From Acidobacteriota bacterium (GTDB lineage Bacteria > Acidobacteriota > Blastocatellia > Pyrinomonadales > Pyrinomonadaceae), in assembly GCA_013696385.1 (NCBI GenBank), contig JACCYR010000126.1, positions 1 to 26,717 of the forward strand: a stretch of DNA of 26,717 nt, read 5' to 3'. The first letter of the stretch is position 1. The number at the start of each line of letters is the position of its first letter. Shown piece by piece: positions 8,553 through 16,704 of this stretch. The notes beneath the pieces are model-generated. The model searched no databases. It had not been told where the DNA came from and worked only from the letters and a program-made list of their open reading frames with translations. A program made the translations under genes and the position numbers.

Positions 8553-9311
8553 ATGGGTTTAGTTGATACAGAGGGTTTGATTCTCAAAAGTTATAGTTTG
8601 GCGGAAGCCGACAAAATCGTTGTTTTGCTAACGCAAAATGAAGGGCTTGTGCGCGGCGTGGCGAAAGGCGCGAAACGCTTAAAAAGTAAATTTGGCGGCG
8701 GTTTAGAACCATTTTCGATTGTCCAGATTTCATATTTTCAAAAAGAAGAACGGGAACTTGTTTCCATCAGGCAAATAGATCTTCTCAAATCTTATTTCGA
8801 TAATGCCAGCCAGCCGCGATTTCTTCAAAAATTCTCATATTTAGTTGAGCTTTTAGTCGAATTTGCGCCGCCGCACGACCCGAACGAGAGACTTTATCGA
8901 ATGACAAAAGTTTGTCTGGAAACTGCCGCCGAAAATCCCGACAGCCTTGAAAGTATTGCTCTCTATTTTGAACTTTGGATTTTGAGGCTGGGCGGTTATC
9001 TGCCGAATTGGAACAACTGCAATAACTGCAAAAGGGAATTGGAGCAAAATGAAAATTCAGGTTTGCAGATAAATTTTCATCTTGTTTGCAACAATTGCCA
9101 AAAAAGCCGTAATAATTGGATAATTTCTCCTGAACAAAGACAAATTTTTATCACTGCACAAAAAGTTTCGCCGACAAAATTTGTTGAATTTACCAAGAAT
9201 TATCAGAAAGGTGTTAAAGAGGTTTCGATTATTTTACGGCGCATAATTTCAAATATACTTGGGAAAGAAACCGTCGGTGAAAAAATTCTAACGGCAAGTT
9301 CTAAATTGTAA
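8553..9311 (+). CDS. recO: DNA repair protein RecO (zinc-finger type)
   Basis: EADKIVVLLT..EGLVRGVAKGAKR.KSKFGG.LEPF OB-fold; CNNC...CNNC zinc finger. Confidence 0.96.
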   Translation: MGLVDTEGLILKSYSLAEADKIVVLLTQNEGLVRGVAKGAKRLKSKFGGGLEPFSIVQISYFQKEERELVSIRQIDLLKSYFDNASQPRFLQKFSYLVELLVEFAPPHDPNERLYRMTKVCLETAAENPDSLESIALYFELWILRLGGYLPNWNNCNNCKRELEQNENSGLQINFHLVCNNCQKSRNNWIISPEQRQIFITAQKVSPTKFVEFTKNYQKGVKEVSIILRRIISNILGKETVGEKILTASSKL

Positions 9312-11596
9312 TGAAGCGTTTTAGCCCTTTAATCTCAAGATATTTGGTGCAATCCATTTTGCCTTATTTCATTTTTTCGTGGCTGTTATTAAGCGTCATT
9401 CTTTTTGTTCAACAAGCCAGCCGTTTCTCCGATATTTTTTTTAGCGCGAATATTCCTAAAAACTTGGTTTGGCAACTGACACTCGCGCTTGTGCCGAATG
9501 TTATCGCCTTTACTTGTCCGATGGCGGTTTTGGTCGGAGTCATCATCGGGCTTTCAAAAATGCAGGGCGATAGCGAACTGATTGCAATCCGCGCCGTCGG
9601 AGTTGGGAACTTTCAGATTACTTTTCCAATTCTTGTTTTAGGCATTTTGCTTTCATTTTTTGCATTTTTTATCAACTTAAACGGCGTTCCTTTTGCCGCG
9701 CGGATTGTTCGCCAAATAGCTTTGCAAACCGCGCTTTATAAGCTCGAATCACCTATCGAACCCGGGGTTTTTAACACCGAAATAAATGGCTATACAATTT
9801 ATGTCAAAGACGGAAATTTTGAAAAGGGAACTTGGAAAAATATATTTATTTATAATGAAGATAAATCAAATGGTTTGGTGCGTCTGATAACGTCTAAAAG
9901 TGGTCGGATTGATACGAAAGAAGACAGGTCAGAATTGGTTTTAGAAAATGCGAATATCAATACATTTTCTACTGAAACAGAGGCGGAAAAATTTATTTCT
10001 GAAAATATTGGTCAGATTCGGATAGCGATAGAAACAAAACGTTCCAAAATAATTGAAAAACTTAGTAAAAGTGAAGAAGCACCCGAAGAGTTGGGCTTGA
10101 GAGAACTTGCCCAACTAGCAAAAACAAAAGAAGGGAAAGAAAAAACTGAGGCACAAATTCTTTGGCAGAGAAGAATAATTCTTTCAATCACGCCCTTAAT
10201 TTTTGCTTTGCTGGGAACGGCTTTGGTTTTAAGATTTAACCGCGGCGGCAAAGGTTTTGGTGTTTTTTTAGCACTTGTTAGTTTAGTTATATATTATCTG
10301 CTTGCGCTTTTGGGTGAACAACTTGCTAGAACCAATCAAATTAGTGTCTTAACCTCAGGTCTTCTTCCGGTATTAGCTAGCTTCTTTTTTATTTTCTGGT
10401 TTTTACTTTCAACCCGCTTTATATTGAAAAAAAATATTGGCAACATCGGGAAACAATTTAAGATAAATTTTCCGTCAAATCTAAAAGAAGGTTCAGCCCG
10501 AAATTATTATATTGATTTAACAACGGGCATTTTGGATTTAGATATTGTCTTAAATCTACTCAAGTATTTTTTTCTGACGTTTGGCTTCTTAACAGCAGTC
10601 TATATGATTTTTACGGCATTTGAACTCTGGAAATTTGCCGGAGAAATCAATAACGGAATCTCACTTTTAATCCGCTATCTTTTATTTTTGATACCTTTTA
10701 TCTATATTCAACTTGCGCCGTCTGCCCTGATGATAGCGACTTTGGCGACATTCGTTATCAAATCCAGACAAAACGAAATTGTTAGCTGGACCGCCGCCGG
10801 TCAAAGCGTCTATCGGCTTTTTCTCCCCTGTTTTGTTTTAATGATATTTTTAGGCGCGGTAAATTGGGGAATACAAGAATCGGTTGCGCCAAAAACAAAT
10901 GTGATTCAAGACGAATTACGCGCTCAGATTCGCGGTCGCGGAGTGTTGTTGAGCAAAACGGGGAAAAATTGGGTCGCTAATAACAAAAGAATTTATTCAT
11001 TTGAACTAGAAGGAAATAAAAGCGGAACGAATCAAATCGTAAAAAATCTAACAATTTATGAATTTTCTGATGACAACTCCAAACTTCAAACTATTTACCG
11101 AACACCGACAGCAATTTGGGAAAAAGATAAAATTAAATTATTGGACAATACGGAAAAAACTGTTTGGAGCGATGGCAAGACAGATATTAGACAAATTTCA
11201 GATGTTGAAATTAAAGAAAACTCAAACCTATTTAATTCATTAAATGATAAACCGAGCCATCTCACCACAAAAGAAACCAGGGAACAGATTAATAATACAA
11301 AATCAGAAACAGAGCAAAGAATTTACGAAGTAGCTTTGGAAAAAAAGACCACAACGCCTTTCCTGCCTCTCGTAATTACACTGTTTACAGCACCATTTGC
11401 TTTATCTTTAAGCCGAACGGGTAAAGTCAGAACGATTAGTTACGCGATTGCGATTTGGCTATTGTTTATGGGTATTACAACTATCTTTGAACAATTTGGA
11501 TTAAATGGTTTTCTGGCACCCGAAACAGCCGTTTGGAGTCCGCTTTTATTGTTCTCGATGTTGGGCATTTTTTTGTTATCAAAAGTTAAAACCTAA
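9311..11596 (+). CDS. lptFG: fused LPS export ABC permease LptF-LptG
   Basis: Two tandem YjgP/YjgQ units, each TM-TM-TM, beta-jellyroll, TM-TM-TM (RYL..., KMQGDSELIAIRAVG and KSRQNEIVSWTAAG); 761 aa; TAATG overlap with recO. Confidence 0.9.
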   Translation: MKRFSPLISRYLVQSILPYFIFSWLLLSVILFVQQASRFSDIFFSANIPKNLVWQLTLALVPNVIAFTCPMAVLVGVIIGLSKMQGDSELIAIRAVGVGNFQITFPILVLGILLSFFAFFINLNGVPFAARIVRQIALQTALYKLESPIEPGVFNTEINGYTIYVKDGNFEKGTWKNIFIYNEDKSNGLVRLITSKSGRIDTKEDRSELVLENANINTFSTETEAEKFISENIGQIRIAIETKRSKIIEKLSKSEEAPEELGLRELAQLAKTKEGKEKTEAQILWQRRIILSITPLIFALLGTALVLRFNRGGKGFGVFLALVSLVIYYLLALLGEQLARTNQISVLTSGLLPVLASFFFIFWFLLSTRFILKKNIGNIGKQFKINFPSNLKEGSARNYYIDLTTGILDLDIVLNLLKYFFLTFGFLTAVYMIFTAFELWKFAGEINNGISLLIRYLLFLIPFIYIQLAPSALMIATLATFVIKSRQNEIVSWTAAGQSVYRLFLPCFVLMIFLGAVNWGIQESVAPKTNVIQDELRAQIRGRGVLLSKTGKNWVANNKRIYSFELEGNKSGTNQIVKNLTIYEFSDDNSKLQTIYRTPTAIWEKDKIKLLDNTEKTVWSDGKTDIRQISDVEIKENSNLFNSLNDKPSHLTTKETREQINNTKSETEQRIYEVALEKKTTTPFLPLVITLFTAPFALSLSRTGKVRTISYAIAIWLLFMGITTIFEQFGLNGFLAPETAVWSPLLLFSMLGIFLLSKVKT

Positions 11597-11597
11597 A

Positions 11598-11636
11598 AAA
11601 TCTAAGCTAAACACTTCGCTTTTTTAGCTTAGATTT
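11598..11636. terminator. bidirectional terminator between lptFG and ahcY
   Basis: Perfect 14-bp inverted repeat AAATCTAAGCTAAA-(11 nt)-TTTAGCTTAGATTT between convergent stops. Confidence 0.7.
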
Positions 11637-11645
11637 AGAAATCCT

Positions 11646-12938
<1,293 letters not shown>

Positions 12939-12968
12939 TTATATTAAATCTAAATTAAATACAGAAAT

Positions 12969-13015
12969 GGCAAATGGTTAAGTGTAAATATTTTTAATTC
13001 ACAAAACCACTTGCC
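12969..13015 (-). terminator. stem-loop between metK and ahcY (weak terminator or stabiliser)
   Basis: Minus strand GGCAAGTGGTT/AACCATTTGCC 11-bp stem (one G-U) plus GTG/CAC; followed by ATTTCTGTATTT. Confidence 0.4.
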
Positions 13016-13031
13016 GTTGATAATTGAAAAA

Positions 13032-14195
13032 CTAGACATTGCCGTTGCTGGCAGTCAAAGCACCCAGCAAAGCATCAGCTTTATCGGTTTTTTCCCAAGT
13101 AAATTCATCGTTGGTGCGTCCGAAGTGTCCGAATTTAGCGGTCGCTCTGTAAATCGGACGGCGCAAATCGAGCGTTTCGATAATGTCTTTCGGAGTTAGT
13201 TTAAAATTTTCTTTGACAATTTCAGAAAGCCTATCTTCGTCAACTCTGCCCGTGCCGTGTGTGTCAACTCGAACGGAAACCGGTTCGGCGACACCAATGG
13301 CGTAAGCGAGTTGAACGGTGCATTTTTCAGCTAAACCGGAAGCAACGATATTTTTTGCGATATAACGCGCCATATATGCGGCAGAACGGTCAACCTTTGT
13401 CGGGTCTTTGCCGGAAAACGCGCCGCCGCCGTGCGGTGCGTAACCGCCATAAGTGTCAACAATAATTTTGCGTCCGGTCAGACCGGCATCACCCATCGGA
13501 CCGCCGATGACAAAACGTCCGGTCGGGTTGATGTGATATTTTGTATTCTCGTCCAAAAGCTCGCCGGAAACCGTTGTTTTGATAACCTTCTCTAAAATAT
13601 CAGCCCGCAGTTGTTCAGTGGTTACTTCTTCAGCGTGCTGGGTGGAAATAACGACGGCATCAACGCGGAAAGGTCTGCCGTCACGATATTCAACCGTTAC
13701 CTGAGATTTTCCGTCGGGTCGCAGATAGGGAAGTTCGCCGCTGCGCCGCGCTTCGGACAAACGGCGCGTTAAATTATGCGCCAGTTGAATCGGAAGCGGC
13801 ATCAACTCAGGAGTTTCGTTGCAGGCAAACCCGAACATTAAACCTTGGTCGCCCGCGCCGCCCGTGTCTACGCCTTGCGCGATGTCGGGCGATTGCGTGC
13901 CGACGGCATCAATGACGCTCAGAGTGTTGCAGTCGTAACCGAAACTGGCATTGTTATAGCCAATATCATCAATTGTGTCGCGGACTATTTTTTTATAATT
14001 AACGGTTGCATTGGTGGTAATTTCGCCGGCGATAACAGCAAGACCGGTTGTTACTAATGTTTCACAAGCGACTCTGCCGGTTGCGTCCTGCTCTAAAATA
14101 GCGTCAAGCACAGCATCAGAAATTTGGTCGGCGATTTTGTCGGGATGTCCTTCGGTGACAGATTCCGAAGTAAATAAAAAATTTGTGTTACTCAA
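13032..14195 (-). CDS. metK: S-adenosylmethionine synthetase
   Basis: [57 protein letters not shown]. Likely start TTG 14195 downstream of AAGGAG (track start 14219 would put the SD inside the ORF). Confidence 0.98.
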   Translation of the reverse strand: MSNTNFLFTSESVTEGHPDKIADQISDAVLDAILEQDATGRVACETLVTTGLAVIAGEITTNATVNYKKIVRDTIDDIGYNNASFGYDCNTLSVIDAVGTQSPDIAQGVDTGGAGDQGLMFGFACNETPELMPLPIQLAHNLTRRLSEARRSGELPYLRPDGKSQVTVEYRDGRPFRVDAVVISTQHAEEVTTEQLRADILEKVIKTTVSGELLDENTKYHINPTGRFVIGGPMGDAGLTGRKIIVDTYGGYAPHGGGAFSGKDPTKVDRSAAYMARYIAKNIVASGLAEKCTVQLAYAIGVAEPVSVRVDTHGTGRVDEDRLSEIVKENFKLTPKDIIETLDLRRPIYRATAKFGHFGRTNDEFTWEKTDKADALLGALTASNGNV

Positions 14196-14282
14196 TTTGT
14201 TTGTAACTCCTTTATACAAATATATAAATATACAAATATAGAAATAAAAAATTAAATCTTTAGGAAAGATAGCAAAAGGGAA

Positions 14283-14311
14283 ATTTTATCGTTTAATTTA
14301 AGAAGTGTCAA
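14283..14311 (-). promoter_or_regulatory. near-consensus sigma70 promoter of metK(-ahcY)
   Basis: Minus strand TTGACA (14311-14306), 17-nt spacer, TAAAAT (14288-14283). Confidence 0.75.
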
Positions 14312-14320
14312 AAGCGGTTG

Positions 14321-14359
14321 GAAACTTATTAAGTTTCTTGTTGCTGAATTTTTCAGCAA
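14321..14359. promoter_or_regulatory. two adjacent perfect palindromes upstream of the metK -35
   Basis: GAAACTT-ATT-AAGTTTC (14321-14337) and TTGCTGAA-TTT-TTCAGCAA (14341-14359); no U-tract follows on the minus strand. Confidence 0.4.
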
Positions 14360-14420
14360 TGGGTAAGAAGAGAAGAAAAATAAAACATATTGGTTGCGTC
14401 CGATAATAAAGATTATGTTA

Positions 14421-15260
14421 TTAATCTGTTTGGTTATATGACAGATAAGCCAAATTCTTCTTAGTTAGCGAATAACATTCACAAGCCGATTGTTCTAATT
14501 TTTGTCGGTTAAGGATAAAAATTCGCCCGCGGATGTAATCAATAATTCCATTGTTCCGTAAATCCTGAGCAATGAGGGTTAAAGTCGGGCGATGAACTCC
14601 TAGAAAATAGGCGATTTGCTCTTGGGTTAAAATCAACCTGCTTTTTCTGTTGCGGTCGTCGAGCATTAACAGCCAGCTGCAAAAGCGTTCTTCTATTCGG
14701 TGATGGATATTACAGATGGCTCTTTGCGAAATATGGGCGACGTATAAATTTATATAGTCAAGCAATACCGCTTGCAGAAAACCACCGCGACCAAATTCAG
14801 GCTTAAAATTTTTAGCGTTAATCCGCAATGCGATGCCGGCTATCAAAGTTTGCGTCCAAAAAGTCTTTGGTTGAAAACTCAAAATTGTCGATAAACCGGC
14901 TATCCCTTCGTAGCCAATCATTGCTGTTTCGACAGTTCTTCCATCGGCTAAAATATTTAACTGAGAAAAGACGGCAGTTTCGGGAAAATACAAAAACTCG
15001 CTCGTCCCGTCCGGCTGATAAATATCTTCGCCGGAGTTGAAGGAAACCATTTGTAGATGCGGCAGAAGCCGCGCAAAATCAATACTAGGTAAGGCTAAAA
15101 GCAGAGTATTATTTGTCAGTCGTCCGATTGGAAAAGTTTCTCTGGAAACTTGATTCCAATGGCTCGCAAAGCCTTTACCGACAAAAGGCTGACTGACTTT
15201 TAACATTAAAGGCGCATTTCTTTTGATATATCCATTTTTAGTCTTGTAATTATTTATCAT
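14421..15260 (-). CDS. Crp/Fnr family transcriptional regulator (ACECY-tail subfamily)
   Basis: N.LLLALP..DF.RL.PHL, YFPE.AV.S, DG.TVE.A.IG.EG cNMP-fold; H..EERFCSWLL; HTH LTQEQIAYFLGVHRPTLT; C-terminal SACECY; GAGGA SD. Confidence 0.92.
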   Translation of the reverse strand: MINNYKTKNGYIKRNAPLMLKVSQPFVGKGFASHWNQVSRETFPIGRLTNNTLLLALPSIDFARLLPHLQMVSFNSGEDIYQPDGTSEFLYFPETAVFSQLNILADGRTVETAMIGYEGIAGLSTILSFQPKTFWTQTLIAGIALRINAKNFKPEFGRGGFLQAVLLDYINLYVAHISQRAICNIHHRIEERFCSWLLMLDDRNRKSRLILTQEQIAYFLGVHRPTLTLIAQDLRNNGIIDYIRGRIFILNRQKLEQSACECYSLTKKNLAYLSYNQTD

Positions 15261-15279
15261 CAGTTCCTCTTGTGTAGCG

Positions 15280-15312
15280 TTTGGAGTTCAAATTCTAAGT
15301 TTGAACTCCAAA
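15280..15312. repeat. REP-like palindrome, family A copy 1
   Basis: TTTGGAGTTCAAA-TTCTAAG-TTTGAACTCCAAA 13-bp perfect stem; related copy at 19535-19570. Confidence 0.7.
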
Positions 15313-15325
15313 TGCCTGCCCATAT

Positions 15326-15667
15326 TTAATAAACCTTCCTAATGTCGAGGATTATTAATTTCTCGCTACCGTCAAATTCTCGTTCGCTAATCTGTGTCAG
15401 CATAACTTTTACTTCCAACGGGCGTTCGTTAGATTGACAAGTAAAAGTAAATTTTTCCGCCGAATCCGAGCCTTTGGCAAAATAGCGGAAGCGGCGACGA
15501 AGCTCTTCGCCATTTCCAAACGGCGCGATTTCATCAAAAAAATTAAGCCCGATTAAATCCGGCGGCAAATTTACCGAAGAGTTGTTCGCGTCGATTTTGG
15601 AATACTTCACCGTTCCCATTAAATCGAGTTCAAACAACCCGAACACATTCGCTGAAGTATCTTTCAT
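15326..15667 (-). CDS. stand-alone PAS protein, photoactive-yellow-protein-like, lacking the chromophore Cys
   Basis: FGLFELDLMG...P..LIGLNFFDEIAPF...E....F...F..T......P..VKV aligns without gaps to remembered PYP F28-V107; AAGGAG SD; ATGA overlap with the receiver gene. Confidence 0.75.
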   Translation of the reverse strand: MKDTSANVFGLFELDLMGTVKYSKIDANNSSVNLPPDLIGLNFFDEIAPFGNGEELRRRFRYFAKGSDSAEKFTFTCQSNERPLEVKVMLTQISEREFDGSEKLIILDIRKVY

Positions 15668-16170
15668 AAAACTCCTTTAACAGACGTTTCGTGCGGCTTG
15701 TATTTTTTCCTCAGATATTTTTTAAGCCGTATTTCCAATTGACCGAAATCAATCGGCTTAATCATAAAATCATTGGCACCGGCGGCGAGGGCGGAAGCGT
15801 GAACTGACGGTTCGGAATAGCCGGTAATAAAAATAATCACTGGATCACCGGGTTCGGACAGTTGACGAATCCGCCTGGTGGTGGTGAGCGCGTCAATTTT
15901 TTGGAGTCTATCGCTTATTAATATCAAATCGGGACGATGAATTTCAGCCATTTGAATGGCATCCTCGTCATCCGATGCTTCAATAATGCGATAATTCCAA
16001 AGTTTCAATAAATATTTCATCATTAAGCGCGTATCTTCGTCGTTTTCGACAATCAGGATACGCGGGAAAAAATTTATCGTTCGGGCGAAAAGCGAATTAT
16101 CGTTTGTCACTGCATATACCTCGCTGAAAATATGGCTAGGTGAGGATTTGGAGATGTTTGTAAAATTCAT
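15664..16170 (-). CDS. single-domain atypical (pseudo) response regulator receiver
   Basis: ILIVEND...PDLILISD...IIFITG...GANDFMIKP CheY-like fold; S86 at the phosphoacceptor position; GAGAGG SD. Confidence 0.88.
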   Translation of the reverse strand: MNFTNISKSSPSHIFSEVYAVTNDNSLFARTINFFPRILIVENDEDTRLMMKYLLKLWNYRIIEASDDEDAIQMAEIHRPDLILISDRLQKIDALTTTRRIRQLSEPGDPVIIFITGYSEPSVHASALAAGANDFMIKPIDFGQLEIRLKKYLRKKYKPHETSVKGVL

Positions 16171-16244
16171 AAACTTTTACCTCTCACGCTTGTCAGAACC
16201 GCTAATGGAATTGGGACGGATTAAAATAAGTTTTAGAAATTATT

Positions 16245-16294
16245 AAAAAATAAAAAAATTAGAAGGTGAATTTCTGCAAAGAAACTCACCTTCT
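16245..16294 (-). terminator. intrinsic terminator ~75 nt upstream of the receiver gene start
   Basis: Minus strand AGAAGGTGAGTTTCT-TTGC-AGAAATTCACCTTCT (15 bp, one G-U that pairs only on the minus strand), then AATTTTTTTATTTTTT. Confidence 0.8.
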
Positions 16295-16394
16295 CCCCCC
16301 TTGTTCGTGCCGCTGTAGGTTTAACCAAACACGGCGGCAGCTTTCATGAGTTGCTGAAAAAACTTTCCTGTCCGGAAAGTGAAATTCACAACTC
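16245..16394 (-). ncRNA. candidate structured leader/attenuator (or sRNA) with three hairpins
   Basis: Hairpins at 16348-16394, 16308-16339 and 16261-16294 in an otherwise AT-rich intergenic region; no Rfam family recognised. Confidence 0.5.
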
Positions 16395-16444
16395 CAGTTT
16401 TTTGCATTAAATTGATTATCTGCTAGAAAATAATTCATGAACAT

Positions 16445-16487
16445 TAGGAAGATAGGTAAATCAGACAGGGAAAATCCCTACCTGATT
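16445..16487. promoter_or_regulatory. candidate NarL/RcsB-family operator
   Basis: Dyad AATCAG-AC-AGGGA-AAA-TCCCT-AC-CTGATT (16459-16487) plus TAGG half-sites at 16445 and 16453. Confidence 0.35.
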
Positions 16488-16704
16488 AAGCAAGTCCTCA
16501 GCATGAGGTAACATCAGAAAAGACCGCAGATGGCACGAATAAGATAGATTTTCACGGGTTTTATTTTGACTAAAATATCCACCCAATTTCTATTATCCGC
16601 GCTACTCTTTTGTTTTAGGCAAATTTCTTCCGCCGTCACTATTAACAAACTAAGAATCCAATTTTTATCGCCACCCGAAATTTAGTAAAATACCAGCAAA
16701 AATT

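Noticed and set aside
14196-14420. SAM riboswitch upstream of metK
   Set aside because: The predicted 5' UTR is about 80 nt, nearly all A/T, with no aptamer core.
16300-16360. c-di-GMP-I (GEMM) riboswitch suggested by AAAGC-TGCCG...ACAGCGGCA
   Set aside because: Lacks the GGCAAAC start, GNRA-capped P2 and GACGCAAA junction; kept only as an unassigned structured leader.
16378-16390. CRP box TGTGA..TCAC
   Set aside because: The spacer is 3 nt rather than 6; better explained as part of hairpin 1 and the antiterminator.
16531-16547. sigma54 promoter TGGCACG
   Set aside because: The -24 box is perfect, but the -12 position reads AGAT rather than TTGC. The inverted near-copy at 16300-16311 also lacks it.
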